DNA of 64,000 nt. It comes from Euryarchaeota archaeon SM23-78. GTDB taxonomy: Archaea > Nanobdellota > Nanobdellia > Woesearchaeales > SM23-78. Shown one piece after another: positions 37,164-48,725 of this stretch. A model generated the notes under the pieces. The model searched no databases. It saw nothing but the letters and a program-made list of their open reading frames with translations, and was not told the origin of the DNA. The stretch covers positions 5,248 to 69,247 of the forward strand of contig LSSJ01000021.1 in assembly GCA_001595785.1 (NCBI GenBank), read 5' to 3'. The translations under genes were made by a program, and so were the position numbers. Each line of letters opens with the position of its first letter. Position 1 is the first letter of the stretch.

Positions 37164-37255
37164 CTCGCGAGCAAGGCGAGCGAGCAAAGTTATTATTATT
37201 TTATTTTTATTATTTTAAACTTAAATTCATTAGTCCTCAAACGCCGGACGGGCTT
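37164..37255 (+). repeat. composite intergenic repeat (GA-hairpin copy 2 + AT-rich spacer + TTCATTAGTCCTCAAACGCCGGACGGGC)
   Basis: Hairpin CTCGCGAGCAAGGCGAGCGAGCAA at 37164-37187. The end block matches 47257-47280 (reverse complement) and 48949-48968 (reverse complement). Confidence 0.65.
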
Positions 37256-37257
37256 AA

Positions 37258-41006
<3,749 letters not shown>

Positions 41007-41029
41007 TTTTTGCTTTTAACTTTTTAATT

Positions 41030-42832
41030 CTAATACTTACTCTTCAACTTTAACTTTGGATAAATCGTCATGCTCTTGAACTCATCAAGTATTAACTTGA
41101 AAGCATAACTCATCTCAACATTGCTTATCTCAACGTTCTCACCACACACAGGGCAATGAAAATTATTTCTACGAGTATCATAAACTGCTATTAACCCACA
41201 GTTCTCACACACAGGAACCTCGGTCTTGTCACTGTCAAACCTCTCTTTTAAGAGCAGGCTTGCACCATGAGCAACAAAGGTGTCTTTCTCCATCTCTCCA
41301 AGTCTTAGACCTCCTTCTTTGGCTCTTCCCTCTGTTGGTTGTCTTGTGAGCAGCTGTATAGGACCACGAGCTCTGCTATGTATCTTGTTTGCAACCATGT
41401 GTTTGAGCTTTAAGTAGTACATGTTACCTACAAAGATTTTTGCTTGGTACTGTTCCCCTGTAATTCCATTGTACATGGTTTCTGTACCATTATCTCTGAA
41501 ACCCATTTTTAGCAGCTCAAGTCTAATATCTGCTTCTTTTTCTCCTTCAAAGGTGGTGCCATCAATGTATCTTCCACTCAAAGCCCCTGTCTTAGCAGCC
41601 AGTAACTCTATAAGATGACTCACTGTCATTCTGCTAGGAACACCATAAGGACTAAAGATGATATCAGGCTTTATACCTGATGCTGTGAAAGGAACATCTG
41701 CTTCTGGGATTACAAGGCTAATAACCCCTTTTTGTCCATGCCTAGAGGTGAACTTATCTCCTATCTCAGGGATTCTCTGGTCTCTGAGCCTTACCTGGAC
41801 CAATTTATTTCCTTCCTCGCTTTCAGTAAGCATCACAAAGTCAACTATTCCTTTCTCGCCATGCTTAAGAGCACTGCTTGACTCTCTCCTAGAAGTTGTG
41901 GCTAGGTTGTACTCTTCTAAGCTGCTCAGGAACCTTGGAGGACTGGTCTTACCAATTATTACATCTCCTTCCTCAACAACTCCTTCTGAATAGATAATTC
42001 CATCTTCCTCAAGGAATCTGTAGTCATGTTCTGTTCTATAACCCTTAACATCTTTGTCAGGAATACTTATCTCATCTGTTAAGCCTCCTGAGTATCTAAG
42101 TTCTTCTGTAATCACAGGCCTATAATAAGTACTCCTACCAAAGCCCCTGTCAATGCTACCCTTGTTAATAACAATAGCATCTTCCATGTTATATCCTTTG
42201 TAAGACATTATGGCTACAACAATGTTCTGACCAGAGGGGTGTCTGTCCATATCAAGAATCTCATTAGTAACAGTTGTCACAACAGGTCTCTGCGGGTAGT
42301 GAAGGAGGTTAACATCCATGTCCATTCTTGCAAAGAAGTTTGCAGTATAAAATCCTACTGCTTGCTTCTGATTCTTTGAGCCCTGGGTGAGTCTTACTCC
42401 TTGGTTATAGTTGCCAAAGGGAACAAGGCTTGAGGTTAAGCCAAAAATATCAATAGGGCTTATGTCTAGATGGGTATCATCTTGAGTAAGATTTGATTCT
42501 TTTAAGGAGACTATTGAACTTTCCTCTTCCAAGCTGTCAAGATACTCAACAACTCCTTGTTTTAAAAGGTCTGACCATTTTACCTCATTTTTTTCAAGCT
42601 TCTCAACATGTGTTTCTGTTAATGCTGACTTGCTGTCCTTAATTACTATCAGAGGTCTTATGCATCTGCCACTGCTTGTCTCAACAAAGATCTGATCTGT
42701 CTTATCGTGATATAAGAAATTAATATTTATAGAAAACTTGTTATTCCGTCTTTGCTCTAAGAGCTGATTAACAAACTCTTTCCCATTATCCACTTTTCCA
42801 ATATATTTATTGTTTAGGAATAGTTCGCTCAT
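41030..42832 (-). CDS. rpoB1: DNA-directed RNA polymerase subunit B' (C-terminal half of split RpoB)
   Basis: SRHGQKGV, GLRLGEMEKD, and a C-terminal zinc ribbon CENCG..CPVCG. 600 aa. Confidence 0.97.
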   Translation of the reverse strand: MSELFLNNKYIGKVDNGKEFVNQLLEQRRNNKFSININFLYHDKTDQIFVETSSGRCIRPLIVIKDSKSALTETHVEKLEKNEVKWSDLLKQGVVEYLDSLEEESSIVSLKESNLTQDDTHLDISPIDIFGLTSSLVPFGNYNQGVRLTQGSKNQKQAVGFYTANFFARMDMDVNLLHYPQRPVVTTVTNEILDMDRHPSGQNIVVAIMSYKGYNMEDAIVINKGSIDRGFGRSTYYRPVITEELRYSGGLTDEISIPDKDVKGYRTEHDYRFLEEDGIIYSEGVVEEGDVIIGKTSPPRFLSSLEEYNLATTSRRESSSALKHGEKGIVDFVMLTESEEGNKLVQVRLRDQRIPEIGDKFTSRHGQKGVISLVIPEADVPFTASGIKPDIIFSPYGVPSRMTVSHLIELLAAKTGALSGRYIDGTTFEGEKEADIRLELLKMGFRDNGTETMYNGITGEQYQAKIFVGNMYYLKLKHMVANKIHSRARGPIQLLTRQPTEGRAKEGGLRLGEMEKDTFVAHGASLLLKERFDSDKTEVPVCENCGLIAVYDTRRNNFHCPVCGENVEISNVEMSYAFKLILDEFKSMTIYPKLKLKSKY

Positions 42833-42834
42833 CT

Positions 42835-44337
42835 TTATTTCTTTTTCCTCCCGCTACTAACCTTCTCCACTTCTAAGCCTGCTTTCTGCAGCATAGGAAG
42901 GACTTCTTCTTCTGGAGTTGTCTGTGAAACACTGGCCATTAAAGCAAGGTTTTTTCTAAGACCAATATTGGTTCCTTCAGGGGTCTCACTCGTACATAAC
43001 CTTCCCATGTGAGTGCTGTGCAGGCTTCTAGCCTCAAAGTTTTCTTGTGAAGATGATAAAGGACTCACAACCCTTTGTAAATGGGATAAGGTTTGTAAGA
43101 AGTTAAGCCTCTCAATCCTCTGGCTAACCCCTTTTCTTCCTCCAACCCAGTTCCCTGTTGCCATGCTTGAATAAATTCTCTGGGTTAAGAGCTTCTCACG
43201 AATAATGACTTTGATACTGGGGAACTTACCACGCTTAACAATCCTCTGAAAATTATAAAGCAAGTCTCCGATTAATACTTTAAGATTAACTCTGAACAAG
43301 TCTGCTAGTAAGTCTCCACTCATCTTTAACCGCTTGTTCATGTAATGATCCTTATCATCTTCTCTTTCTTCTCTTATAGTAATTATCATCTTTTTAAGCA
43401 TCTTACACAGATTATAAGCCTTCCACAACCTATCCTCACGTCCTGTTCCTATATGAGGAAGCAGATACTTGTCCAGGATTTCTTGCATTCTCTGAATTCT
43501 AATCTCTCTTGCCTGGGTTATCCCTATCTTCTTTGCAATGTAATCAACTGTGTCCTCAGCGTTCTTCATGTCAACAAACTCATAGAGATTGATAAGCACC
43601 TCTGCATCATCTTCCAAACTAATGAAGCGCATGATATCTTCGTCTTTTATTAGACCAAGCGCCTTGATAATAGCAATAACAGGCACCCTCTTAACCCTTG
43701 TGAAGGTGAGATAAAATAACCCGTCTTTTAGCTTCTCGAACTGGTGAGGAATCTTGTAAGAGCCTTTCTCTGAAAAAAGTTTTCCTACATAATCACTAAC
43801 GCCTGTAGTCTGCTTCTCAACCATAAACCTGTTAGAAGCCAGATCTTCTATGTTTACAATTGCTTTTTCAGTGCCATTAATAATAAAGTAGCCCCCAGGA
43901 TCATCAGGGTCCTCGTTGTTCTTTATAAGCTCCTCTCTGCTTAGTCCATGAAGATGACAGTACTTTGACTTAAGCATAATAGGAATGTTAGCAATCTGGG
44001 TTGTAAAGCTCTCTCTTTGAACACCATTAATATGAGCACTCACCTCAAGGAACAATGGAACAGAATAACTTAGCTTTCTAAGCCTAGCCTCAATAGGATA
44101 GATGCTTCTCTTAGAACCATCAGCCTCTGTTATTTCAGGTTTAGTCACCCATACATTATCTAAGCGTATCTTGAACTCATCAATATTAGGAGGAATAATG
44201 GTTGGCTCTATATCCTTGTTCTCCTCAATTATTACTTTCAACTCATTGTCAATAAAATTGTTAAAGGACTCAATATTAGCCTTAATAATACTGTTCTCTT
44301 CAAAATACTTTTTTAGCAAAGTATAGGACTTCTTCAT
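42835..44337 (-). CDS. rpoB2: DNA-directed RNA polymerase subunit B'' (N-terminal half of split RpoB)
   Basis: 500 aa. GGYFIINGTEKAIV and the C-terminal LCTSETPEGTNIGLRKNLA. Confidence 0.97.
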   Translation of the reverse strand: MKKSYTLLKKYFEENSIIKANIESFNNFIDNELKVIIEENKDIEPTIIPPNIDEFKIRLDNVWVTKPEITEADGSKRSIYPIEARLRKLSYSVPLFLEVSAHINGVQRESFTTQIANIPIMLKSKYCHLHGLSREELIKNNEDPDDPGGYFIINGTEKAIVNIEDLASNRFMVEKQTTGVSDYVGKLFSEKGSYKIPHQFEKLKDGLFYLTFTRVKRVPVIAIIKALGLIKDEDIMRFISLEDDAEVLINLYEFVDMKNAEDTVDYIAKKIGITQAREIRIQRMQEILDKYLLPHIGTGREDRLWKAYNLCKMLKKMIITIREEREDDKDHYMNKRLKMSGDLLADLFRVNLKVLIGDLLYNFQRIVKRGKFPSIKVIIREKLLTQRIYSSMATGNWVGGRKGVSQRIERLNFLQTLSHLQRVVSPLSSSQENFEARSLHSTHMGRLCTSETPEGTNIGLRKNLALMASVSQTTPEEEVLPMLQKAGLEVEKVSSGRKKK

Positions 44338-44344
44338 TTTATGA

Positions 44345-44584
44345 TTACTCCTTAATAACCCCTCTATAAAATACTATCTCTCCAGCAGTCCTGCTCTTAC
44401 GACTGATCTTAATAATATCTCCTTCTTTTACATTTAGATTCGCAATTGCAGGATCATTTATAAGAATCTTAGGAATCTCCCTAATAGTAATATTAAATTT
44501 TTTTAGTAGAGCCTTTACTTCGTTCTCAGAGAGCTTGGTGTGCTCAGGAATTAATTCATGATTGATTTGTGCTTTTGCGCTCAT
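44345..44584 (-). CDS. rpoH: DNA-directed RNA polymerase subunit H (Rpb5-like)
   Basis: 79 aa from the internal ATG at 44584 (MSAKAQINHELIPEHTKLSENEVKALLKKFNI..). The longer tracked ORF (to 44650) overlaps tRNA-Lys and was trimmed. Confidence 0.85.
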   Translation of the reverse strand: MSAKAQINHELIPEHTKLSENEVKALLKKFNITIREIPKILINDPAIANLNVKEGDIIKISRKSRTAGEIVFYRGVIKE

Positions 44585-44599
44585 TTTCAAATCTTGAAT

Positions 44600-44742
44600 G
44601 GGCCGGACGAGACTTTCCAGGAAATAATTCCCTTTTGAACTCGCGACCACACGATTACTTTTCCTTATGATTAAAAGTCGTGTGCTCTAACTCCCAAGCA
44701 ATGCAAAATTGCAAAGGCTTACCAGGCTGAGCTACCGGCCCA
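44600..44742 (-). tRNA. tRNA-Lys(UUU) with three introns (D-loop, canonical 37/38, T-loop 59/60)
   Basis: Manual fold. Acceptor GGGCCGG/CCGGCCC plus discriminator A; D stem GCTC/GAGC; anticodon stem CACGA/TCGTG with loop CTTTTA|A; T stem GCGAG/CTCGT with loop TTCAAA|T. Intervening blocks lie at about 44691-44720, 44657-44672 and 44614-44634. No encoded CCA. Confidence 0.75.
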
Positions 44743-44807
44743 GATTCTCTGGCCGGCAAACAAAAATCGCTGAGCGATTTTTGGGCCGTCCAGTTCGCTT
44801 TTCAAGC

Positions 44808-44961
44808 GCCCTGGCCGGGATTCGAACCCGGGTCGAAGCCTTACCACGACTCAAAAATCATTAATGAATAATGATTATAAGTTCTCGACAGGGCTTCATG
44901 ATAGTTGCTGCAGGGAACCCCCGGACGGGTTACCGCTGGGCCAGACTACACCACCAGGGCT
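44808..44961 (-). tRNA. tRNA-Asp(GUC) with two introns (D-loop and anticodon loop)
   Basis: Acceptor GCCCTGG/CCAGGGC plus discriminator G; GGTGTAGTCTGG..TCATG D-arm; anticodon stem AAGCC/GGCTT with loop CTGTCG|A; T arm CCGGG-TTCGAAT-CCCGG. Exon sequence closely follows typical archaeal tRNA-Asp. Introns at about 44905-44940 and 44843-44886; D-loop boundary is +/- a few nt. Confidence 0.7.
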
Positions 44962-45089
44962 TGCTTCGCAATCCCTGCTGGGCGTTCAAAAGCAAGTTTT
45001 GAACACACCAAAAGCTTTTGCTTTTGGGCACCAAAAACTTTGTTTTTGATGCACCATCAGGGCAGCTTACCTTTAACCATGAAGCAAGT
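44962..45089. other. multi-hairpin structured element upstream of tRNA-Asp
   Basis: Outer stem CTTGCTTC/GAAGCAAG and second stem CCCTGCTGG/CCATCAGGG enclose three 7-8 bp A/U-rich hairpins (GTTCAAAA..TTTTGAAC, CCAAAAGC..GCTTTTGG, CAAAAAC..GTTTTTG). Confidence 0.3.
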
Positions 45090-45310
45090 TATTGATAGTA
45101 TGTGAAAAGAGCAGTGGCTCACAAGCTCTTATATATTACGTCTCTAGAACCCTCCTGCCCTCAAAAAAATTTTGTTCTCCGTCATGTTATATCCTTTGAT
45201 ATGATATTATTATGACTATCCGTGATTAATTAATACCAATAACCCTTAAAAGAGTAATTAACTATTTATAAAGGTTACTGTTTTAGGGTTGTTTTTAAAA
45301 TTAATACGTA

Positions 45311-45321
45311 AATTTTATAAA
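45311..45321 (+). promoter_or_regulatory. TATA-box-like element for rpoL (leaderless-type spacing)
   Basis: AATTTTATAAA ends about 26 nt before ATG 45347. Confidence 0.35.
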
Positions 45322-45346
45322 CCCCTTACTACTCTGCTTTATAAAA

Positions 45347-45622
45347 ATGGAATTAAAGGTTCATGAGCATACCAAGAAAAGAATGGTCTTTGAGTTCATT
45401 GGAGCAGACCACACCTTCTGTAATGCTCTAAAAAAAGAGTTATGGAATGACAGCACTGTAAGAGCAGCAGCTTACAAGATTGAGCATCCGCTTATTGGTA
45501 TTCCAAAATTCATAGTTGAGACTAATGGTCAGAAGGATGCAAAGGCTGTTCTAAAAACAGCTGCTACTAGACTTAAAAAGCATAACAAAGATTTCTTGAG
45601 TTTGTTTAAGAAGGCTAGATAA
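45347..45622 (+). CDS. rpoL: DNA-directed RNA polymerase subunit L (Rpb11-like)
   Basis: 91 aa. FEFIGADHTFCNALKKELWNDSTVRAAAYKIEHPLIGIPKFIVET. Confidence 0.85.
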   Translation: MELKVHEHTKKRMVFEFIGADHTFCNALKKELWNDSTVRAAAYKIEHPLIGIPKFIVETNGQKDAKAVLKTAATRLKKHNKDFLSLFKKAR

Positions 45623-45627
45623 GGATA

Positions 45628-46596
45628 TTATTTCTCAAACTCCATTCCTAAGGTTAAGCCTAGCTTGGCTACTGCATCACTTATCTCTGATGCTTTTTTT
45701 AGACCAATATTTTTGTATGTACTCCTTAATTCTTTTTCTGATTTTGCTACAAGGTCTTTGATTGTGTTAATGCGGTGTTTAGGAGAAGAATGACTGCCTG
45801 ATCTTATTAAAGCATTGAAAGCTGGAGTGGATAAATATGGCTGCAAAATATTTATTGGCTCATTAAGATATCCATCTGGTCCCGGGCCTGGTTTTTCCTT
45901 TAGTCTTTTTTCTATTTCACCTATATGTCCCTCTACTTTTCTGATAAGAGCATCCAACCTAGGAATTATTACAGTTTCTTTGATATTTGCTTTAGAATCA
46001 ATACTTGCATATTTCTCAGCTAAACTTGCTAATCCAGAATCTCTAAACTTTTTTAAGGCTCTGTTTTTTATATCATTTACTCTTTGTTTGGAAATATTCA
46101 TCTCTCCTGCAATGTATTCAGTACTGTAAGATATACCATCCTCTGTTAAACCATAATACATTCTTAGTGCTTTTTGGTGATTCTGATTAGTAATAATATT
46201 AAGTAAATCTTCTATATCCTTATAAGCATAATACGGCAGTATATGCCCGAGAGAGTATTGCCCTGCATTAAAAGAATATCTGAATGATTCAAGAACATCA
46301 TTAGCTACTTTTTTTATGTATTCAGTATTATTAACAAACTCACTCATATCTTGATTTATGGTTTGTAAAACATAGCTCTTGGAAATTTCCAGCAGAGCTT
46401 TACTAGGTATGGGTATGTCAAAAAGGTCTCTAAAGAATTTTTTATATTTTCTTTGTAATGGGTCTCCAGACAATAAAAGGTTCTTCTCAAGTTTCTTAAC
46501 CTTAAATCCCAGAGTTCTCTCTACTTCATCTACAACTGAATGAGCTAACTTGCTTAAGAGTCTGGTTCTTTCTTGCTTATTCGCCATCTTGTACAC
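45628..46596 (-). CDS. protein with sigma-70 region-4-like HTH and RNAP alpha-subunit CTD-like helix-hairpin-helix domain
   Basis: HQKALRMYYGLTEDGISYSTEYIAGEMNISKQRVNDIKNRALKKFR fits the sigma region 4 pattern. The C-terminal LSTPAFNALIRSG..INTIKDLVAKSEKELRSTYKNIGLKKASEISDAVAKLGLTL fits the alpha-CTD pattern. Confidence 0.55.
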   Translation of the reverse strand: MYKMANKQERTRLLSKLAHSVVDEVERTLGFKVKKLEKNLLLSGDPLQRKYKKFFRDLFDIPIPSKALLEISKSYVLQTINQDMSEFVNNTEYIKKVANDVLESFRYSFNAGQYSLGHILPYYAYKDIEDLLNIITNQNHQKALRMYYGLTEDGISYSTEYIAGEMNISKQRVNDIKNRALKKFRDSGLASLAEKYASIDSKANIKETVIIPRLDALIRKVEGHIGEIEKRLKEKPGPGPDGYLNEPINILQPYLSTPAFNALIRSGSHSSPKHRINTIKDLVAKSEKELRSTYKNIGLKKASEISDAVAKLGLTLGMEFEK

Positions 46597-46690
46597 AGGG
46601 ATAATAACCCAATATTTATAACTTTCCTTATTTTTTAGTAGTAATACAATTAAGGTAAATTATTAAAACAAGTCACCATTCACCTCTTTC

Positions 46691-47251
46691 ATGGACAATC
46701 CTGATAAAAAACTTCTGCTTAAACTAGCAAGAGAATCCATAAAGACCTATTTTAAAGCAGAGAAGCCTAGCCTGGAAAAAGTAAAGCATCTCAAAGAAAA
46801 GAGAGGAGTGTTTGTAACCTTACATGAAGATGGAGAGCTAAAAGGATGCATAGGCTTTCCAATGCCAGTATACTCACTAAACACAGCAATTGTAGAAGCA
46901 GCCAGGAGTGCTGCCTTTCATGACCCAAGATTCCCGCCCTTAGAAGAAGATGAGCTTGACAAAATAGAGATAGAAATCTCAGTGCTAACAGTACCTGAAG
47001 AGATAAAGGTAAGCCATTCCAATGAATATATGGAAAAGATAAAGATAGGAGAAGACGGACTTATCATACAAGGGCCTTTTGGCTCAGGCTTGCTACTGCC
47101 TCAAGTAGCAACAGAGCAAGGCTTTAATGTTCCTCAATTCCTCAACTGCTTATGCCAGAAAGCAGGCATGGGCTTTAACTGCTGGAAAGACCTGCACAAC
47201 AAGATTTTTAAGTTTCAAGCAGAGGTTTTTAATGAGAAGGAATTGAAATGA
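46691..47251 (+). CDS. AMMECR1-domain protein
   Basis: RGVFVTLHEDGELKGCIGFP and PRFPPL, the AMMECR1 signature. Confidence 0.85.
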   Translation: MDNPDKKLLLKLARESIKTYFKAEKPSLEKVKHLKEKRGVFVTLHEDGELKGCIGFPMPVYSLNTAIVEAARSAAFHDPRFPPLEEDELDKIEIEISVLTVPEEIKVSHSNEYMEKIKIGEDGLIIQGPFGSGLLLPQVATEQGFNVPQFLNCLCQKAGMGFNCWKDLHNKIFKFQAEVFNEKELK

Positions 47252-47256
47252 AAAAT

Positions 47257-47342
47257 AAGCCTGTCCGGTGTTTGAGAACTCGAGATTTATTATTTAAAAT
47301 TTAAAAGAAAATTATTATTTGCTCGCTCACTACGTTCGCGAG
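47257..47342 (-). repeat. composite intergenic repeat (GA-hairpin copy 3 + AT spacer + end block), between convergent genes
   Basis: The minus strand reads CTCGCGAACGTAGTGAGCGAGCAA (47319-47342), then a T-rich spacer, then ..GTTCTCAAACACCGGACAGGCTT. It lies directly 3' of the uppS stop. Confidence 0.65.
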
Positions 47343-47349
47343 AGAAAAA

Positions 47350-48060
47350 CTATTTACCAAACCTCCTCTTCCTCTTAGCATACTCTTCAAGACATGCCTT
47401 AAAGTCTGCTTTGGTGAACTCTGGCCAGTGCTTGTTTTTTAAGAATATAATCTCACTATAGATTCCTTGCCATGGAAACAAGCCACTAAGTCTTTGCTCA
47501 CTGGTTCTTATAATTAAGTCAGGCTCATTCTGCAAGAATAAATTCTTTTCAAACACGTCAGGAGTAATGTCTTCTATACTTAACTCTCCAGCCTTAACTT
47601 TGTTCGCAACTTTCTTTGCTGCCTGTGTTATCTCCCATCTACCACCATAATTAACCAACATGTTAAGCTTATAATCATCATTCTCTTTGGTAAGCTCCAT
47701 TACTTTATTCATTTTTTCTCTTAATTTATTAGGAAGTCTTTTAAGGTCTCCTATGAATCTTATATTAACTTTATCCTTAATCTTTTTATCCTTATTATCT
47801 TTTAGAAATTTATCACACATATCATCAAACAACTTTAACAGAAAATCAACTTCTTTTTTCTCTCTTTCAAGGTTATCAGTGCTAGCAGCCCAGAAAGAAA
47901 CTTCTTCAATACCAACTTCTTTGCACCACTCAAGAAAATCTTCAAAAACCTTTGCTCCTTCTTTATGACCCAGACAAGGCTTCCAACCCTTCTCCCTTGC
48001 ATATCTCCTGTTACCATCAGGAATAACAGCTATGTGCCTGGGAAGCTTAGTGTCACCCAT
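47350..48060 (-). CDS. uppS: cis-prenyltransferase (undecaprenyl diphosphate synthase family)
   Basis: HIAVIPDGNRRYAREKG, NYGGRWEI, RTSEQRLSGLFPWQ. Confidence 0.9.
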   Translation of the reverse strand: MGDTKLPRHIAVIPDGNRRYAREKGWKPCLGHKEGAKVFEDFLEWCKEVGIEEVSFWAASTDNLEREKKEVDFLLKLFDDMCDKFLKDNKDKKIKDKVNIRFIGDLKRLPNKLREKMNKVMELTKENDDYKLNMLVNYGGRWEITQAAKKVANKVKAGELSIEDITPDVFEKNLFLQNEPDLIIRTSEQRLSGLFPWQGIYSEIIFLKNKHWPEFTKADFKACLEEYAKRKRRFGK

Positions 48061-48126
48061 TTTCCTATTTTGAGAAAAAAGATGATTTATAAAGATTATG
48101 AATGAAGAAGTAATAAAACTATTTTC

Positions 48127-48678
48127 TTATATTGTATCCTTGCACTCAGAACACACCTTTGAGCCATCACTTGCTTCTTCTAGCTGAGGCGTATAGTTAC
48201 CGCAAACCTCGCATATGCCTTCGTTCTCATCACCGCCAAATACAGGCTTTCTGGCTTCTTCTCTTAACTCAAACTTCTCAACAATTATTTCAAAGAGCTG
48301 AGGCTCAATCTTAAGAATATCTTTTATGGTTAGGAAACCAACGAATTTATCATTATCAAGAACAGGCAGATGCCTGATGTTATGGTCTCTCATAATCTTA
48401 AGAGCATCATAAATATCTTTTTTAGGACTTACAGTCAAAATCTCTGTTTCCATGATCTTCTTAATAGGAGTTTTAGCAGGGTCTAATAGCTTGGCCATGC
48501 CTTTCCTTACCATATCCTGTTCTGTAACAATCCCAACGATTTTGCCTTTCTTCTCAATGAGCAAACTACCAACATGTTTACCAGCCATTATATCAGCACA
48601 TTTTTTTAGAGTGGTATCTTCATTAATAGTCACTGGCTTCTTGGTCATGGCATCGCCTACTTTATAACCTGTTTTCAT
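48127..48678 (-). CDS. CBS-pair domain protein with C-terminal zinc ribbon
   Basis: Two CBS motifs (..GSLLIEKKGKIVGIVTEQD.., ..HLPVLDNDKFVGFLTIKD..). CEVCGN..CSECK at the C-terminus. Confidence 0.8.
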   Translation of the reverse strand: MKTGYKVGDAMTKKPVTINEDTTLKKCADIMAGKHVGSLLIEKKGKIVGIVTEQDMVRKGMAKLLDPAKTPIKKIMETEILTVSPKKDIYDALKIMRDHNIRHLPVLDNDKFVGFLTIKDILKIEPQLFEIIVEKFELREEARKPVFGGDENEGICEVCGNYTPQLEEASDGSKVCSECKDTI

Positions 48679-48725
48679 CTTAGTAAGAGAAATTTAGTTC
48701 TATTTAAAAAGTTAGCGTAATTATT

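Noticed and set aside
44585-44650. N-terminal extension of the rpoH ORF (tracked as 44345-44650)
   Set aside because: The extension overlaps the 3' half of tRNA-Lys. The internal ATG at 44584 gives a 79-aa product, the typical RpoH size.
44864-45105. Tracked ORFs 44864-45049 and 44905-45105 (+)
   Set aside because: They lie over tRNA-Asp and the hairpin cluster. They have no start context and their sequence is explained by RNA structure.
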